Source: Caldimonas sp. (GTDB lineage: Bacteria; Pseudomonadota; Gammaproteobacteria; Burkholderiales; Burkholderiaceae_C). From it: 34,909 bases of DNA. The position numbers and the translations under genes were made by a program. Below, piece after piece: positions 25,565 through 34,664 of this stretch. The stretch's first letter is position 1, and each line of letters opens with the position of its first letter. The stretch covers positions 1-34,909 of the forward strand of contig JBDSLQ010000415.1 of NCBI GenBank assembly GCA_039916285.1. The letters are read 5' to 3'. The notes beneath the pieces were generated by a model. It did not search any database and had not been told where the DNA came from. It saw only the letters and a program-made list of their open reading frames with translations.

Positions 25565-26803
25565 TCAGGTGCTCGACAACGCCTGCGCGTCGACCTTCTC
25601 GCCAGCCGGCTCGCGGCCCGTGCCGAACGGGTCGTAGGCCTTCCTGTCCATGCGCTTGCTCCATTCGGCATAGAAGTGCCGCATGCCGCCTTCATCGTGG
25701 ATCGTCATGTTCTCTTCGCGGCCGTGAATCACCCACTTGCTGTCGGTGCCTTCGCGCATGGCCCGGCCCTGGCCGTGCACGCCAAGCAGGTCTTCGTGAA
25801 GGTTGCGACCGAACGGACCCCAGATGGTGTTGTGGTCGCGGACGCGCTCGGCGCGCTGCTCCGGGGTGTCGGACTTGAGGCCGAGACCGCGGAACTCGAT
25901 GACCAGCTTGTTGGGACCCAGCGGGATGGCCGTGTCCATGCGCAGAACCGAAGTGCGCAGGTTGTAGGTCATGCCCGGGAAGATGTCGATCAACACCCAA
26001 CCGCCGGGAGCAAGCCCCGGCCAGCCCACGCCGCGCGCCTTGCCGCCGTCGTAGGCGTCGTACTTGATCTCCATCGACCCGACCGAAGCGTGGCCATTCG
26101 GATAGCCCGTGTAGGCGCGGTCGAAGTAGCCGGGCTGGAGCATGCCCGTGGCCCGGTTGAAGTAGTGCATGTAGTCGTGATAGAACTCGCTGTTGGTGTC
26201 GTGCCACAGCTTGTAGTTCGTGTCGACCACGGCCTTGTGGTAATGGAACACCTCGAGCGGCATGCTCAGGGTTTCGTCCAGCAGTCCCATCGCGTCGCCG
26301 ATGTACTCCTGCAGGCTCGGCGATTCGTCATCGGTGTTGACCCACACGAAGCCACCATAGCCGAGCGAAGTCTTCACTTCGCGCAGCCCCGCGTTCTCGC
26401 AAGTGAAGCGATCCTGGTAGCCCTGCTTGCCGCGCGAGATGTCGATGCACGAGCCCTTGGTGTCGAACGACCAAGCATGGAAGATGCAGGTGATGCGCTT
26501 GGCGTTGCCGACCGGGTCGTAGAGCAGCGTGTTGCCGCGGTGCGGGCAGATGTTGTAGAACGACCGCACCGTCATGTCCTCGCCGCGAACGACGATCAAG
26601 GGCGTGCCGTTCGGATGATGGAAGGTGCGATAGTCAAACGCGTTCGGCAGCTCCGACTCGTGGCACGCGATGATCCAGCACTTGCCGAAGATCTTCTTCT
26701 GTTCTTCCTGGAACAGCGTCTCGTCGGTGTAAATCTTGGTGTCGACGTAATGCGTATCGGGGAAGTTGGGCTTCTTCACCCACTCGACTGAATTGCGTGA
26801 CAT
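25565..26803 (-). CDS. msmA: Rieske non-heme iron oxygenase large subunit, methanesulfonate monooxygenase-like
   Basis: MSRN...THYVDTKIYTD, Rieske CPH-X17-CIFH, mononuclear Fe motif NSEFYHDYMH...HEDL, IWGPFGRNLHEDL; AGGAG SD; sulfite and C1 gene context. Confidence 0.82.
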   Translation of the reverse strand: MSRNSVEWVKKPNFPDTHYVDTKIYTDETLFQEEQKKIFGKCWIIACHESELPNAFDYRTFHHPNGTPLIVVRGEDMTVRSFYNICPHRGNTLLYDPVGNAKRITCIFHAWSFDTKGSCIDISRGKQGYQDRFTCENAGLREVKTSLGYGGFVWVNTDDESPSLQEYIGDAMGLLDETLSMPLEVFHYHKAVVDTNYKLWHDTNSEFYHDYMHYFNRATGMLQPGYFDRAYTGYPNGHASVGSMEIKYDAYDGGKARGVGWPGLAPGGWVLIDIFPGMTYNLRTSVLRMDTAIPLGPNKLVIEFRGLGLKSDTPEQRAERVRDHNTIWGPFGRNLHEDLLGVHGQGRAMREGTDSKWVIHGREENMTIHDEGGMRHFYAEWSKRMDRKAYDPFGTGREPAGEKVDAQALSST

Positions 26804-26898
26804 GAGGGTATCTCCTAGTTTCAATCGTCGCGGTGTACGCCGACGGGAATCAAAGGCCGCGCCAGGGGGGACGCCTGCCGATGATCAGGTAAATTTTT

Positions 26899-26914
26899 AG
26901 CAGGTTATGCGCCA
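26899..26914 (-). promoter_or_regulatory. Sigma54 -24/-12 promoter of the msm operon
   Basis: Minus strand TGGCGCATAACCTGCT: GG-N10-GC, about 95 bp upstream of the msmA ATG. Confidence 0.75.
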
Positions 26915-26963
26915 GCCTGCCGCGTTGCGGGCACTTCGAGTTCTGCCCACGGCCGACCAGGCC

Positions 26964-27000
26964 GACTCCATTCGAGAGATACCACGTTTCGCCCTGAAAC
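26964..27000. promoter_or_regulatory. Enhancer (UAS) upstream of msmA
   Basis: GTTTC-GCCCT-GAAAC (26986-27000) plus a weak GACTC-CATTC-GAGAG (26964-26978) 22 bp away. Confidence 0.7.
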
Positions 27001-27071
27001 ATCGGCGTGCCCACTGCGTGCCTGGCAAAACAAGGTGGCAAAGGCGGTTCGGGGGAGGATCGAGGCTGCGA

Positions 27072-28748
27072 TCAGAACAGGCCCACGACCTTGCCGCTCT
27101 CGTCGATATCGATTCGCTCCGACGACGGCCGCTTCGGCAAGCCGGGCATCGTCATGATGTCGCCGCAGACCATGACGACGAACTGAGCCCCGGCGGCGAG
27201 GCGAACCTCGCGCACGTTGATGTCGTGGCCGCTCGGCGCGCCGCGCAGCGACGGGTCGGTCGAGAACGAGTACTGGGTCTTGGCGACACAGATCGGGTAG
27301 TGGCCGTAGCCGTCGTCCTGAAGCTTCTTGATCTGCCCGCGAATCTTGCTGTCGGCCGTCACTTCGGCAGCGCCGTAGATCTTGGTGGCGACGGCCTTGA
27401 TCTTGTCCCACAGCGGCATCTCTTCCTCGTAGACGAACTTGAAGTCTGACGGTTTCGTGTCGATCAATTCGACCACGGCCCTGGCGACGTCTTCGGCGCC
27501 CTTGCCGCCTTCGGCCCAGTGGCGCGCGACGATCACCGGCGCGTCGTGGTGCGCCATCTTTTTCTTCAGCAGCGCGATCTCGGCGTCGGTGTCGAAGGTG
27601 AAGTGGTTGATCGAGACGATGCAGGGAAGCCCGTAGTGGTTGCGAACGTTGTTGACGTGCCGCTCGAGGTTGGCGATGCCTTTCTCGAGCGCTTGCAGGT
27701 TCTCCTCGTTCAAGGCCTTCAAGTCGACGCCGCCGTGAAACTTGAGGGCACGGATCGTCGCGACGATCACCACCGCATCGGGGCGCAGTCCCGACTTCCG
27801 GCACTTGATATCGATGAACTTCTCGGCGCCGAGATCGGCACCGAAACCTGCCTCCGTGACGACGTAGTCGGCGAGCCGCGACGCGGCATTGGTGGCGATC
27901 ACCGAGTTGCAGCCGTGCGCGATGTTGGCGAACGGGCCGCCGTGGATGAACGCCGGGTTGTTCTCGAGCGTCTGCACGAGGTTGGGCTTGAGCGCATCCT
28001 TCAGCAGAACGGTCATGGCGCCGTTGGCCTGCAGCTCGCGCGCGGTGATGGGCTTTTGCTCGCGCGTGTAGCCGACGACGATGTTGCCTAGCCGCTCCTT
28101 CAGGTCGACGAGCGACGTGGCGAGGCAGAAGATCGCCATCACCTCCGAAGCGACGACGATGTCGAAGCCGTCCTGGCGCGGAAAGCCGTTGCCGGGGCCG
28201 CCAAGGGCGATCGTGACGTCGCGCAGGGCGCGATCGTTCATGTCGAGGACGCGTTTCCAGGTGATGCGGCGCAGGTCGAATCCGAGCTCGTTGCCGTGAT
28301 GGATGTGGTTGTCGATCAGCGCCGCGAGCAGGTTGTTGGCCAGCTGGATGGCGTTGAAGTCGCCGGTGAAATGCAGGTTGATGTCTTCCATCGGCACGAC
28401 CTGCGCAAAGCCGCCGCCGGCCGCGCCGCCCTTCATTCCGAACACCGGCCCGAGCGACGGCTCGCGCAGGCAGATGATGGCCTTCTTGCCGATGCGGTTC
28501 AGCGCGTCGCCGAGCCCGACCGTCGTCGTCGTCTTGCCCTCGCCCGCCGGCGTCGGGCTGATGGCGGTGACGAGGATCAGCTTGGCGAGCGGCCGATCCT
28601 CGAGCGATGCGAGGTAGTCGAGCGACACCTTGGCCTTGTAGTGCCCGTACGGCTCCAGGTGCTCGTCGGCGATGCCGAGCCGCTCCCTGGCCAGATCGGC
28701 GATCCTGACCATCTTGGCTTTCTGCGCAATTTCGATGTCGCTCGGCAT
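27072..28748 (-). CDS. fhs: Formate-tetrahydrofolate ligase
   Basis: [68 protein letters not shown]. Confidence 0.97.
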   Translation of the reverse strand: MPSDIEIAQKAKMVRIADLARERLGIADEHLEPYGHYKAKVSLDYLASLEDRPLAKLILVTAISPTPAGEGKTTTTVGLGDALNRIGKKAIICLREPSLGPVFGMKGGAAGGGFAQVVPMEDINLHFTGDFNAIQLANNLLAALIDNHIHHGNELGFDLRRITWKRVLDMNDRALRDVTIALGGPGNGFPRQDGFDIVVASEVMAIFCLATSLVDLKERLGNIVVGYTREQKPITARELQANGAMTVLLKDALKPNLVQTLENNPAFIHGGPFANIAHGCNSVIATNAASRLADYVVTEAGFGADLGAEKFIDIKCRKSGLRPDAVVIVATIRALKFHGGVDLKALNEENLQALEKGIANLERHVNNVRNHYGLPCIVSINHFTFDTDAEIALLKKKMAHHDAPVIVARHWAEGGKGAEDVARAVVELIDTKPSDFKFVYEEEMPLWDKIKAVATKIYGAAEVTADSKIRGQIKKLQDDGYGHYPICVAKTQYSFSTDPSLRGAPSGHDINVREVRLAAGAQFVVMVCGDIMTMPGLPKRPSSERIDIDESGKVVGLF

Positions 28749-28785
28749 GAGGGTCCCAAAGGCAGGCGTGAAACTTCGCAAAGAG

Positions 28786-28801
28786 AGCAACATCGGTGCC
28801 A
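28786..28801 (-). promoter_or_regulatory. Sigma54 -24/-12 promoter of fhs
   Basis: Minus strand TGGCACCGATGTTGCT, near-consensus. Confidence 0.85.
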
Positions 28802-28889
28802 AAGGTCGGCTGGTGTGTCGCGGCGGCCGATGATTGCCGAGCTTCGTTCGGCTCCGCCAGCGTGCCGCCGCACCGACGGTGCGTGACTT

Positions 28890-29492
28890 TCAGGTCCGCG
28901 TGCGCCGATGCGTCGCCGTCTCCGTGAAGACGACGTCGACCGAAACGTCGCTCGCCACGGTGGGAATGAGCTCCTGCATCTGCACGGAAAACGCCGCCGC
29001 GGCCAATGGCGTCTCCGCCTTGCGCGGCGCCAGCAGGCGGTCGTAGAAGCCGCGGCCGTAGCCGAGTCGATGGCCTGCCGCATCGAAGCCCAGGCCGGGC
29101 AGCAGAACGAAGTCGAGTGCCTGGAGATCAACCGGGCGACAACGCTCGGGGCGCGGTTCGCGGATGCCCCAGGGGCCGGCGGCGAGATCGAGCTCGAGGT
29201 CATCGACGCGGTAGAGCTCGAGGCTCATGTCGGCGCGGCGGATCCGCGGCAGTACCAGCGTCTTGCCCGCGGCGATCGCGTCCTGCGCGAAGCGCTCGGT
29301 GATGAACTCGCTGCCGAAGGTCATGTACGCCATGACGACGCCGGCACGCCGGTACGCCGGATCGGCGACGAGCAGGTCGGTGATGATGTCGCTGAAGCGC
29401 TGCCGGTCGGCCGCGCTCAGGATGTCGCGGGCCGCATGCAGACGTTTGCGCAGCACCGCTTTCGCAGCGCCCGGGTCTAGCGCAGTGGTCAT
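28890..29492 (-). CDS. 5-formyltetrahydrofolate cyclo-ligase
   Basis: Last 200 aa of the 1858-aa ORF: KAVLRKRL, MAYMTFGSE, LVLPRI, GPWGIREP, LLPGLGFDAAGHRLGYGRGFYDRLL. Confidence 0.92.
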   Translation of the reverse strand: MTTALDPGAAKAVLRKRLHAARDILSAADRQRFSDIITDLLVADPAYRRAGVVMAYMTFGSEFITERFAQDAIAAGKTLVLPRIRRADMSLELYRVDDLELDLAAGPWGIREPRPERCRPVDLQALDFVLLPGLGFDAAGHRLGYGRGFYDRLLAPRKAETPLAAAAFSVQMQELIPTVASDVSVDVVFTETATHRRTRT

Positions 29493-29503
29493 GATCGTGC
29501 CGA

Positions 29504-29519
29504 TGCATGCGACGTACCA
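29504..29519 (-). promoter_or_regulatory. Sigma54 -24/-12 promoter of the cyclo-ligase gene
   Basis: Minus strand TGGTACGTCGCATGCA: GG-N10-GC. Confidence 0.65.
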
Positions 29520-29560
29520 AGGTCGCCGCACCCGGGCGCCAGACGGCAGCGCGAACACGT

Positions 29561-29596
29561 GTTTCGATCGGAAACCCCAGCGCGTCGAGTCGAAAC
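29561..29596. promoter_or_regulatory. Tandem enhancer (UAS) between divergent sigma54 promoters
   Basis: GTTTC-GATCG-GAAAC (29561-29575, identical to 10328-10342) and GCGTC-GAGTC-GAAAC (29582-29596), starts 21 bp apart. Confidence 0.75.
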
Positions 29597-29653
29597 CCCG
29601 AGCGCCGCAGCGGACGCGGCCGGCTCCGTATTCTTCGGCTCGACACGCTGCAA

Positions 29654-29669
29654 TGGCACGCGCCTTGCA
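29654..29669 (+). promoter_or_regulatory. Sigma54 -24/-12 promoter of formate dehydrogenase
   Basis: TGGCACGCGCCTTGCA, consensus. Confidence 0.88.
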
Positions 29670-29741
29670 CGAAGCACGGCGCGAACTGGCGGCCGTGGTG
29701 TTTGCTGCTGCGCTTCTGGGCTTCATCAACCACCGCAGCTC

Positions 29742-31439
29742 ATGAATCCTTCTCCGGTCATCGTCGACACCTCCCGGCTCGGTGGCAAGCGCAAGTCGCG
29801 CAAGGAAAGCAAAGGCCGTCAGGTCGATGCGCAGGCGGCGATCGATGTTGCGGCGCTGCTCGGCGACGCCCCGCGCCGGCGCGATCTCCTGATCGAGCAC
29901 CTGCATCTGATCCAGGACCGCTACGGCCATCTCAGCTCGCGCCACCTTGTGGCTCTGGCGGCAGAGATGAAGCTGGCGATGGCCGAGGTCTACGAGGTCG
30001 CCACCTTCTATCACCACTTCTTCGTCGTCAAGGACGACGAACCCATCCCGGCGCCGCTCACGGTGCGCGTCTGCGAGACGCTGTCGTGCCAGATGGCCGG
30101 GGCGCGCGAGCTGCTGAAGAAGCTCCAGGCCAGCGCCGGCAGCGGCGTGCGCGTCATCGCTGCGCCCTGCGTCGGCCGCTGCGAGCAGGCGCCGGCCGTG
30201 CTGGTCGGCCGTCACCCGGTGGCGCAGGCGACCTGCGAGAAGGTGATGCAGGCGATCGACGCCGGCCTGACCGAGCACGAGCCGGACGCGTACATCGATC
30301 TGCACGCGTATCGCGCCGACGGCGGCTATGCGACGCTGCGCGCGTGCATCGACGGCGAACGCACGGCCGACGACGTCATCGCCGAGCTCGAGTCGTCTGC
30401 CCTTCGCGGCCTCGGCGGCGCCGGCTTTCCGGCCGGCCGCAAGTGGCGCATCGTGCGCAGCGAGGCGGCGCCGCGCCTGATGGCCGTCAATATCGACGAA
30501 GGCGAGCCCGGCACCTTCAAGGACCGCCACTACCTCGAGCGCGACCCGCACCGCTTTCTCGAAGGCATGCTGATCGCCGCCTGGGCGGTCGGCATCGCCG
30601 AGGTCTACCTCTACCTGCGCGACGAGTACGCCGGATGCCGCGAGATCCTGCAGCGCGAGCTGGCGGCGCTGGCCGAAAACCCGCCCTGCCCGCTGCCGCC
30701 GATCCAGCTCAGGCGCGGTGCCGGCGCCTACATCTGCGGCGAAGAGTCGGCGATGATCGAATCGATCGAAGGCAAGCGCGGCATGCCGCGGCTCAGGCCG
30801 CCCTACGTCGCGCAGGTGGGTCTGTTCGACCGGCCGACGCTCGAGCACAACATGGAAACGCTCTACTGGGTGCGCGACGTCCTCGAGCGTGGCGGCGCCT
30901 GGTTCGCCGGGCAGGGCCGGCACGAGCGCAAGGGGCTGCGCTCGTTCTCGGTCTCGGGCCGGGTCGCCGAGCCCGGCGTCAAGCTGGCGCCGGCCGGCAT
31001 CACGGTGCGCGAGCTGATCGACGAGTTCTGCGGCGGCATGCTGCCGGGGCACGATCTCTACGCCTACCTGCCTGGCGGCGCATCGGGCGGCATTCTGCCC
31101 GCGTCGATGGGCGACATCCCGCTCGACTTCGACACCTTGCAGCCGCACGGCTGCTTCATCGGCTCGGCGGCGGTGATCGTCCTGTCGCAGCACGACCGGG
31201 CCCGCGACGCCGCGCTCAACCTGATGCACTTCTTCGCCCATGAGTCGTGCGGCCAGTGCACGCCGTGCCGGGTCGGCACCGAGAAGGCGGTGGGGCTGCT
31301 GGCCGAGCCGAAATGGAATCTGCCGCTGCTCGACGAGCTTTCGCTGGCGATGGCTGACGCGTCGATCTGCGGCCTCGGCCAGGCCGCGCCGAACCCGGTG
31401 CAGTGCGTCGTCCGCTATTTCCCGCACGAGCTCGGATGA
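29742..31439 (+). CDS. NAD-dependent formate dehydrogenase beta subunit (fused NuoE/NuoF-like)
   Basis: RRDLLIEHLHLIQD, VCETLSC...PCVGRC (2Fe-2S), LRGLGGAGFP, NIDEGEPGTFKDR, GAGAYICGEE, ESCGQCTPCRVG...SICGLG. ATG 29742 lies downstream of the sigma54 promoter. Confidence 0.93.
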   Translation: MNPSPVIVDTSRLGGKRKSRKESKGRQVDAQAAIDVAALLGDAPRRRDLLIEHLHLIQDRYGHLSSRHLVALAAEMKLAMAEVYEVATFYHHFFVVKDDEPIPAPLTVRVCETLSCQMAGARELLKKLQASAGSGVRVIAAPCVGRCEQAPAVLVGRHPVAQATCEKVMQAIDAGLTEHEPDAYIDLHAYRADGGYATLRACIDGERTADDVIAELESSALRGLGGAGFPAGRKWRIVRSEAAPRLMAVNIDEGEPGTFKDRHYLERDPHRFLEGMLIAAWAVGIAEVYLYLRDEYAGCREILQRELAALAENPPCPLPPIQLRRGAGAYICGEESAMIESIEGKRGMPRLRPPYVAQVGLFDRPTLEHNMETLYWVRDVLERGGAWFAGQGRHERKGLRSFSVSGRVAEPGVKLAPAGITVRELIDEFCGGMLPGHDLYAYLPGGASGGILPASMGDIPLDFDTLQPHGCFIGSAAVIVLSQHDRARDAALNLMHFFAHESCGQCTPCRVGTEKAVGLLAEPKWNLPLLDELSLAMADASICGLGQAAPNPVQCVVRYFPHELG

Positions 31440-31505
31440 GCGTGCGTCCGAAATCAATATAGATTCTGGAGGCGGCCGGTCACCGGGACCGCCTGGAGAG
31501 TTGCC

Positions 31506-34316
31506 ATGAATGCTCGGATCAACGCGGTGATGGACCAGGCGCTGGTCGCCTTCAGCCTGAACGGCAAGGAGATCAGCGCCTACGTGGGCGAGACCATCCT
31601 CGAAGCTGCCGACCGGCACGGTGAGGCGATTCCGCGGCTTTGCTACAAGCCCGGCTACCGGCCCGATGGCAACTGCCGCGCCTGCGTCGTCGAGATCAAG
31701 GGCGAGCGCGTGCTGGCAGCGTCGTGCTGCCGCACGCCGAGCGCCGGCATGGAGGTAGCGAGCGACAGCAAGCGCGCCGTGCTGTCGCAGCGCATCGTCG
31801 TCGAGCTGCTCGCCAGCGACATGCCGCAGAAGGTCTACAAGCCCGACTCCGAGCTCCTGCTCTGGCAGCAGAAGCTCGGCATCGGCAAGCCGCGCTTCGT
31901 GCCGCGCGCACAGCCCGCGCCTGACTTCAGCCACCCGGCCATGACGGTCAACCTCGACGCCTGCATCCAGTGCACGCGCTGCGTTCGCGCCTGCCGCGAA
32001 GAGCAGGTCAACGACGTCATCGGCTACGCCTTTCGCAGCACCGGATCGAAGATCGTCTTCGACCTCGACGACCCGATGGGTGCATCGACCTGCGTCGCTT
32101 GCGGCGAGTGCGTGCAGGCCTGCCCGACCGGCGCGCTGGCGCCGGCGCACGAGGCCTATCTGAAGCCGGTCGAGAAGACGACGCCGTCGCTCTGCCCGTA
32201 CTGCGGCGTCGGCTGCCAGCTCACCTATCACGTCGCCGACAACACGATCGTTCGCGTCGAAGGACGCGAAGGCCCAGCCAATCTGGAGCGGCTCTGCGTC
32301 AAGGGGCGCTTCGGCTTCGACTACGTGTCGCACCCGCACCGGCTGACGACGCCGCTGATCCGCAGGAGCGATGCCCCCAAGGGCGCCGACTTCGCGATGG
32401 ACCCGGCCGAGCCGCTGTCGGTGTTTCGCGAAGCGACGTGGGAAGAAGCGCTGGCGCTCGCCGGCGGTACGCTGAAGCGCATTCGCGACGAGCAGGGGCC
32501 GCGCGCGCTCGCCGGCTTCGGTTCGGCCAAGTGCTCGAACGAAGAGGCCTACCTGTTCCAGAAGCTGGTGCGCACGGGGTTCGGCAACAACAACGTCGAC
32601 CACTGCACGCGGCTCTGCCACGCCTCGAGCGTGGCGGCGCTGCTCGAAGGCATCGGCTCGGCCGCGGTGTCGAACCCGGTGATGGACGTGCTGCAGGCCG
32701 AGGTGGTGCTGCTGATCGGCGCCAACCCGGTCGTCAACCATCCGGTCGCGGCGACCTGGATCAAGAACGCCGTGCGGCGGGGAACGAAGCTGATCCTCGC
32801 CGACCCGCGGCGCTCGGAGCTGGCCCGCCACGCCACGCACTACCTGCAGTTCAAGCCCGACACCGACGTCGCCCTGCTCAACGCGATGATGCACACGATC
32901 GTCGAGGAAGGCCTCGTCGACGAAGCCTTCATCGCCGACCGCACGACCGGCTACGACGAGATCCGCAGCAACGTCGCCGCCTTCAGCCCGGAGGCGATGG
33001 CGCCGGTCTGCGGCCTGACGGCCGACAGCATCCGCACCGTGGCACGGCTGTTCGCGACCTCTCGAGCTTCGATGATCCTCTGGGGCATGGGGATCTCGCA
33101 GCACGTCCACGGCACCGACAACGCGCGCTGCCTGATCGCCCTGTGCATGCTGACCGGCCAGGTCGGCCGGCCGGGCACCGGGCTGCATCCGCTGCGCGGC
33201 CAGAACAACGTGCAGGGCGCGAGCGACGTCGGCCTGATCCCGATGATGCTGCCCGACTACAAGCGCGTCGACAACGCCGCCGCCTACGCCAAGTTCGAGG
33301 CGCTGTGGGGCCAGCGGCTCGATCACACGCCGGGCCTCACGGTCGTCGAGATCATGGACGCGGTGCACGCCGGAACCATTCGCGGCATGTACGTGATGGG
33401 CGAGAACCCGGCCATGTCCGACCCCGACGTCAACCATGCCCGCGAGGCGCTCGCCAAGCTCGAGATGCTGGTGGTGCAGGACATCTTCCTCACCGAGACC
33501 TGCTATCTGGCCGACGTGGTGCTGCCGGCTTCGGCTTTCCCCGAGAAGACGGGCACCTTCACCAACACCGACCGCACCGTTCAGCTCGGTCGTCAGGCGC
33601 TGACTCCGCCGGGCGATGCAAGGCAGGATCTGTGGATCGTCGTCGAGATGGCGAAACGCCTCGGCCTCGACTGGACCTACACGCATCCGCGCGAGGTGTT
33701 CGACGAGATGCGCCAGGCGATGCCTTCGATCGCCGGCATCACCTGGCAGCGGCTCGAAGCCGAGAGCGCCGTCACCTACCCGTGCGAAAACGAAGGCGAC
33801 CCGGGCGAAGCTGTCGTCTTCAAGGACGACTTCCCGACCGGTGACGGCCGCGCCCGCTTCGTTCCCGCCCAGCTCATCTGGGCGGCAGAGAAGCCCGACA
33901 TGGATTACCCGTTCGTGCTGATCACGGGGCGCCAGCTCGAACACTGGCACACCGGCAGCATGACGCGGCGAACCGAGGTGCTCGACGCGCTCGAGCCGAC
34001 CCCGGTGGCCATGCTCAACGGCAGCGACCTCGAGGCGATGGGCTTGAAGGCGGGCGATCCCGTTACGGTGCGCTCGCGCCGCGGCGAGGTCTCGTTGAAC
34101 GCCCGCGTCGACAACGGCACGCCGCGCGGCGCGATCTTCATCCCGTTCTGCTACTACGAAGCCGCGGCCAACCTGTTGACCAACCCGGTGCTCGACCCGT
34201 TCGGCAAGATTCCCGAGTTCAAGTACTGCGCCGTCAAGGTCGAGCCCGCCACGGGCATCGACGTCGCTTCCGCGGGCTTTCGCGGCCGGCCGGTCAGCCT
34301 CGCGGGCGACGGCTGA
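31506..34316 (+). CDS. Formate dehydrogenase alpha subunit (Mo/W-bisPGD, Cys ligand; Fdh1A-like)
   Basis: N-terminal Fe-S motifs (GNCRAC, CIQCTRC, CVACGEC, CPYCGVGC), VDHCTRLCHASS, LRGQNNVQG, TGRQLEHWHTGSMT, DPFGKIPEFK. Confidence 0.95.
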   Translation: MNARINAVMDQALVAFSLNGKEISAYVGETILEAADRHGEAIPRLCYKPGYRPDGNCRACVVEIKGERVLAASCCRTPSAGMEVASDSKRAVLSQRIVVELLASDMPQKVYKPDSELLLWQQKLGIGKPRFVPRAQPAPDFSHPAMTVNLDACIQCTRCVRACREEQVNDVIGYAFRSTGSKIVFDLDDPMGASTCVACGECVQACPTGALAPAHEAYLKPVEKTTPSLCPYCGVGCQLTYHVADNTIVRVEGREGPANLERLCVKGRFGFDYVSHPHRLTTPLIRRSDAPKGADFAMDPAEPLSVFREATWEEALALAGGTLKRIRDEQGPRALAGFGSAKCSNEEAYLFQKLVRTGFGNNNVDHCTRLCHASSVAALLEGIGSAAVSNPVMDVLQAEVVLLIGANPVVNHPVAATWIKNAVRRGTKLILADPRRSELARHATHYLQFKPDTDVALLNAMMHTIVEEGLVDEAFIADRTTGYDEIRSNVAAFSPEAMAPVCGLTADSIRTVARLFATSRASMILWGMGISQHVHGTDNARCLIALCMLTGQVGRPGTGLHPLRGQNNVQGASDVGLIPMMLPDYKRVDNAAAYAKFEALWGQRLDHTPGLTVVEIMDAVHAGTIRGMYVMGENPAMSDPDVNHAREALAKLEMLVVQDIFLTETCYLADVVLPASAFPEKTGTFTNTDRTVQLGRQALTPPGDARQDLWIVVEMAKRLGLDWTYTHPREVFDEMRQAMPSIAGITWQRLEAESAVTYPCENEGDPGEAVVFKDDFPTGDGRARFVPAQLIWAAEKPDMDYPFVLITGRQLEHWHTGSMTRRTEVLDALEPTPVAMLNGSDLEAMGLKAGDPVTVRSRRGEVSLNARVDNGTPRGAIFIPFCYYEAAANLLTNPVLDPFGKIPEFKYCAVKVEPATGIDVASAGFRGRPVSLAGDG

Positions 34317-34389
34317 GACGCCGCTGCCGAAGTTTCCTAGAACGTACGCGGCTCGAGCGCCGGTCCCGGCACATGGCACGGGCGCCGCG

Positions 34390-34659
34390 TCAGCGTGGAG
34401 GGCGCCGGTGGAAGGTGATCGGCGCGACGCCGGCCGCCGCTGGCGACGCGTTGGCGGGAGCGACATCGCAGCCGTCGCAGGCGCATCCGGCCTTCGCCGC
34501 CCGCGCGTGCTTTCTGAGTGGCGCCGACAGCACGCCCGGCAACGGCCATGCCAGCAGCACCCGGGCGACTGCGCGGCGGGCCGCCGCGGGCGCGAGGATC
34601 CACGCCGCGCGCAGCGAGCAGGCGAGAACGAGCAGGACGACGATGAGGGTCTGGGCCAT
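34390..34659 (-). CDS. Small FeoB-associated Cys-containing membrane protein
   Basis: MAQTLIVVLLVLACS...GCACDGCD...PITFHRR; ATG 5 bp after the feoB stop. Confidence 0.7.
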   Translation of the reverse strand: MAQTLIVVLLVLACSLRAAWILAPAAARRAVARVLLAWPLPGVLSAPLRKHARAAKAGCACDGCDVAPANASPAAAGVAPITFHRRPPR

Positions 34660-34664
34660 GGATG

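Noticed and set aside
31970-33844. 624-aa plus-strand ORF (likewise 29507-31243)
   Set aside because: Off-frame overlaps of the FDH genes.
31506-34316. Selenocysteine in formate dehydrogenase
   Set aside because: The active-site codon is TGC (RLCH) and there is no in-frame TGA.
28890-34466. 1858-aa minus-strand ORF
   Set aside because: Antisense shadow of the two FDH genes in high-GC DNA. Only the last 200 codons (cyclo-ligase) look real.
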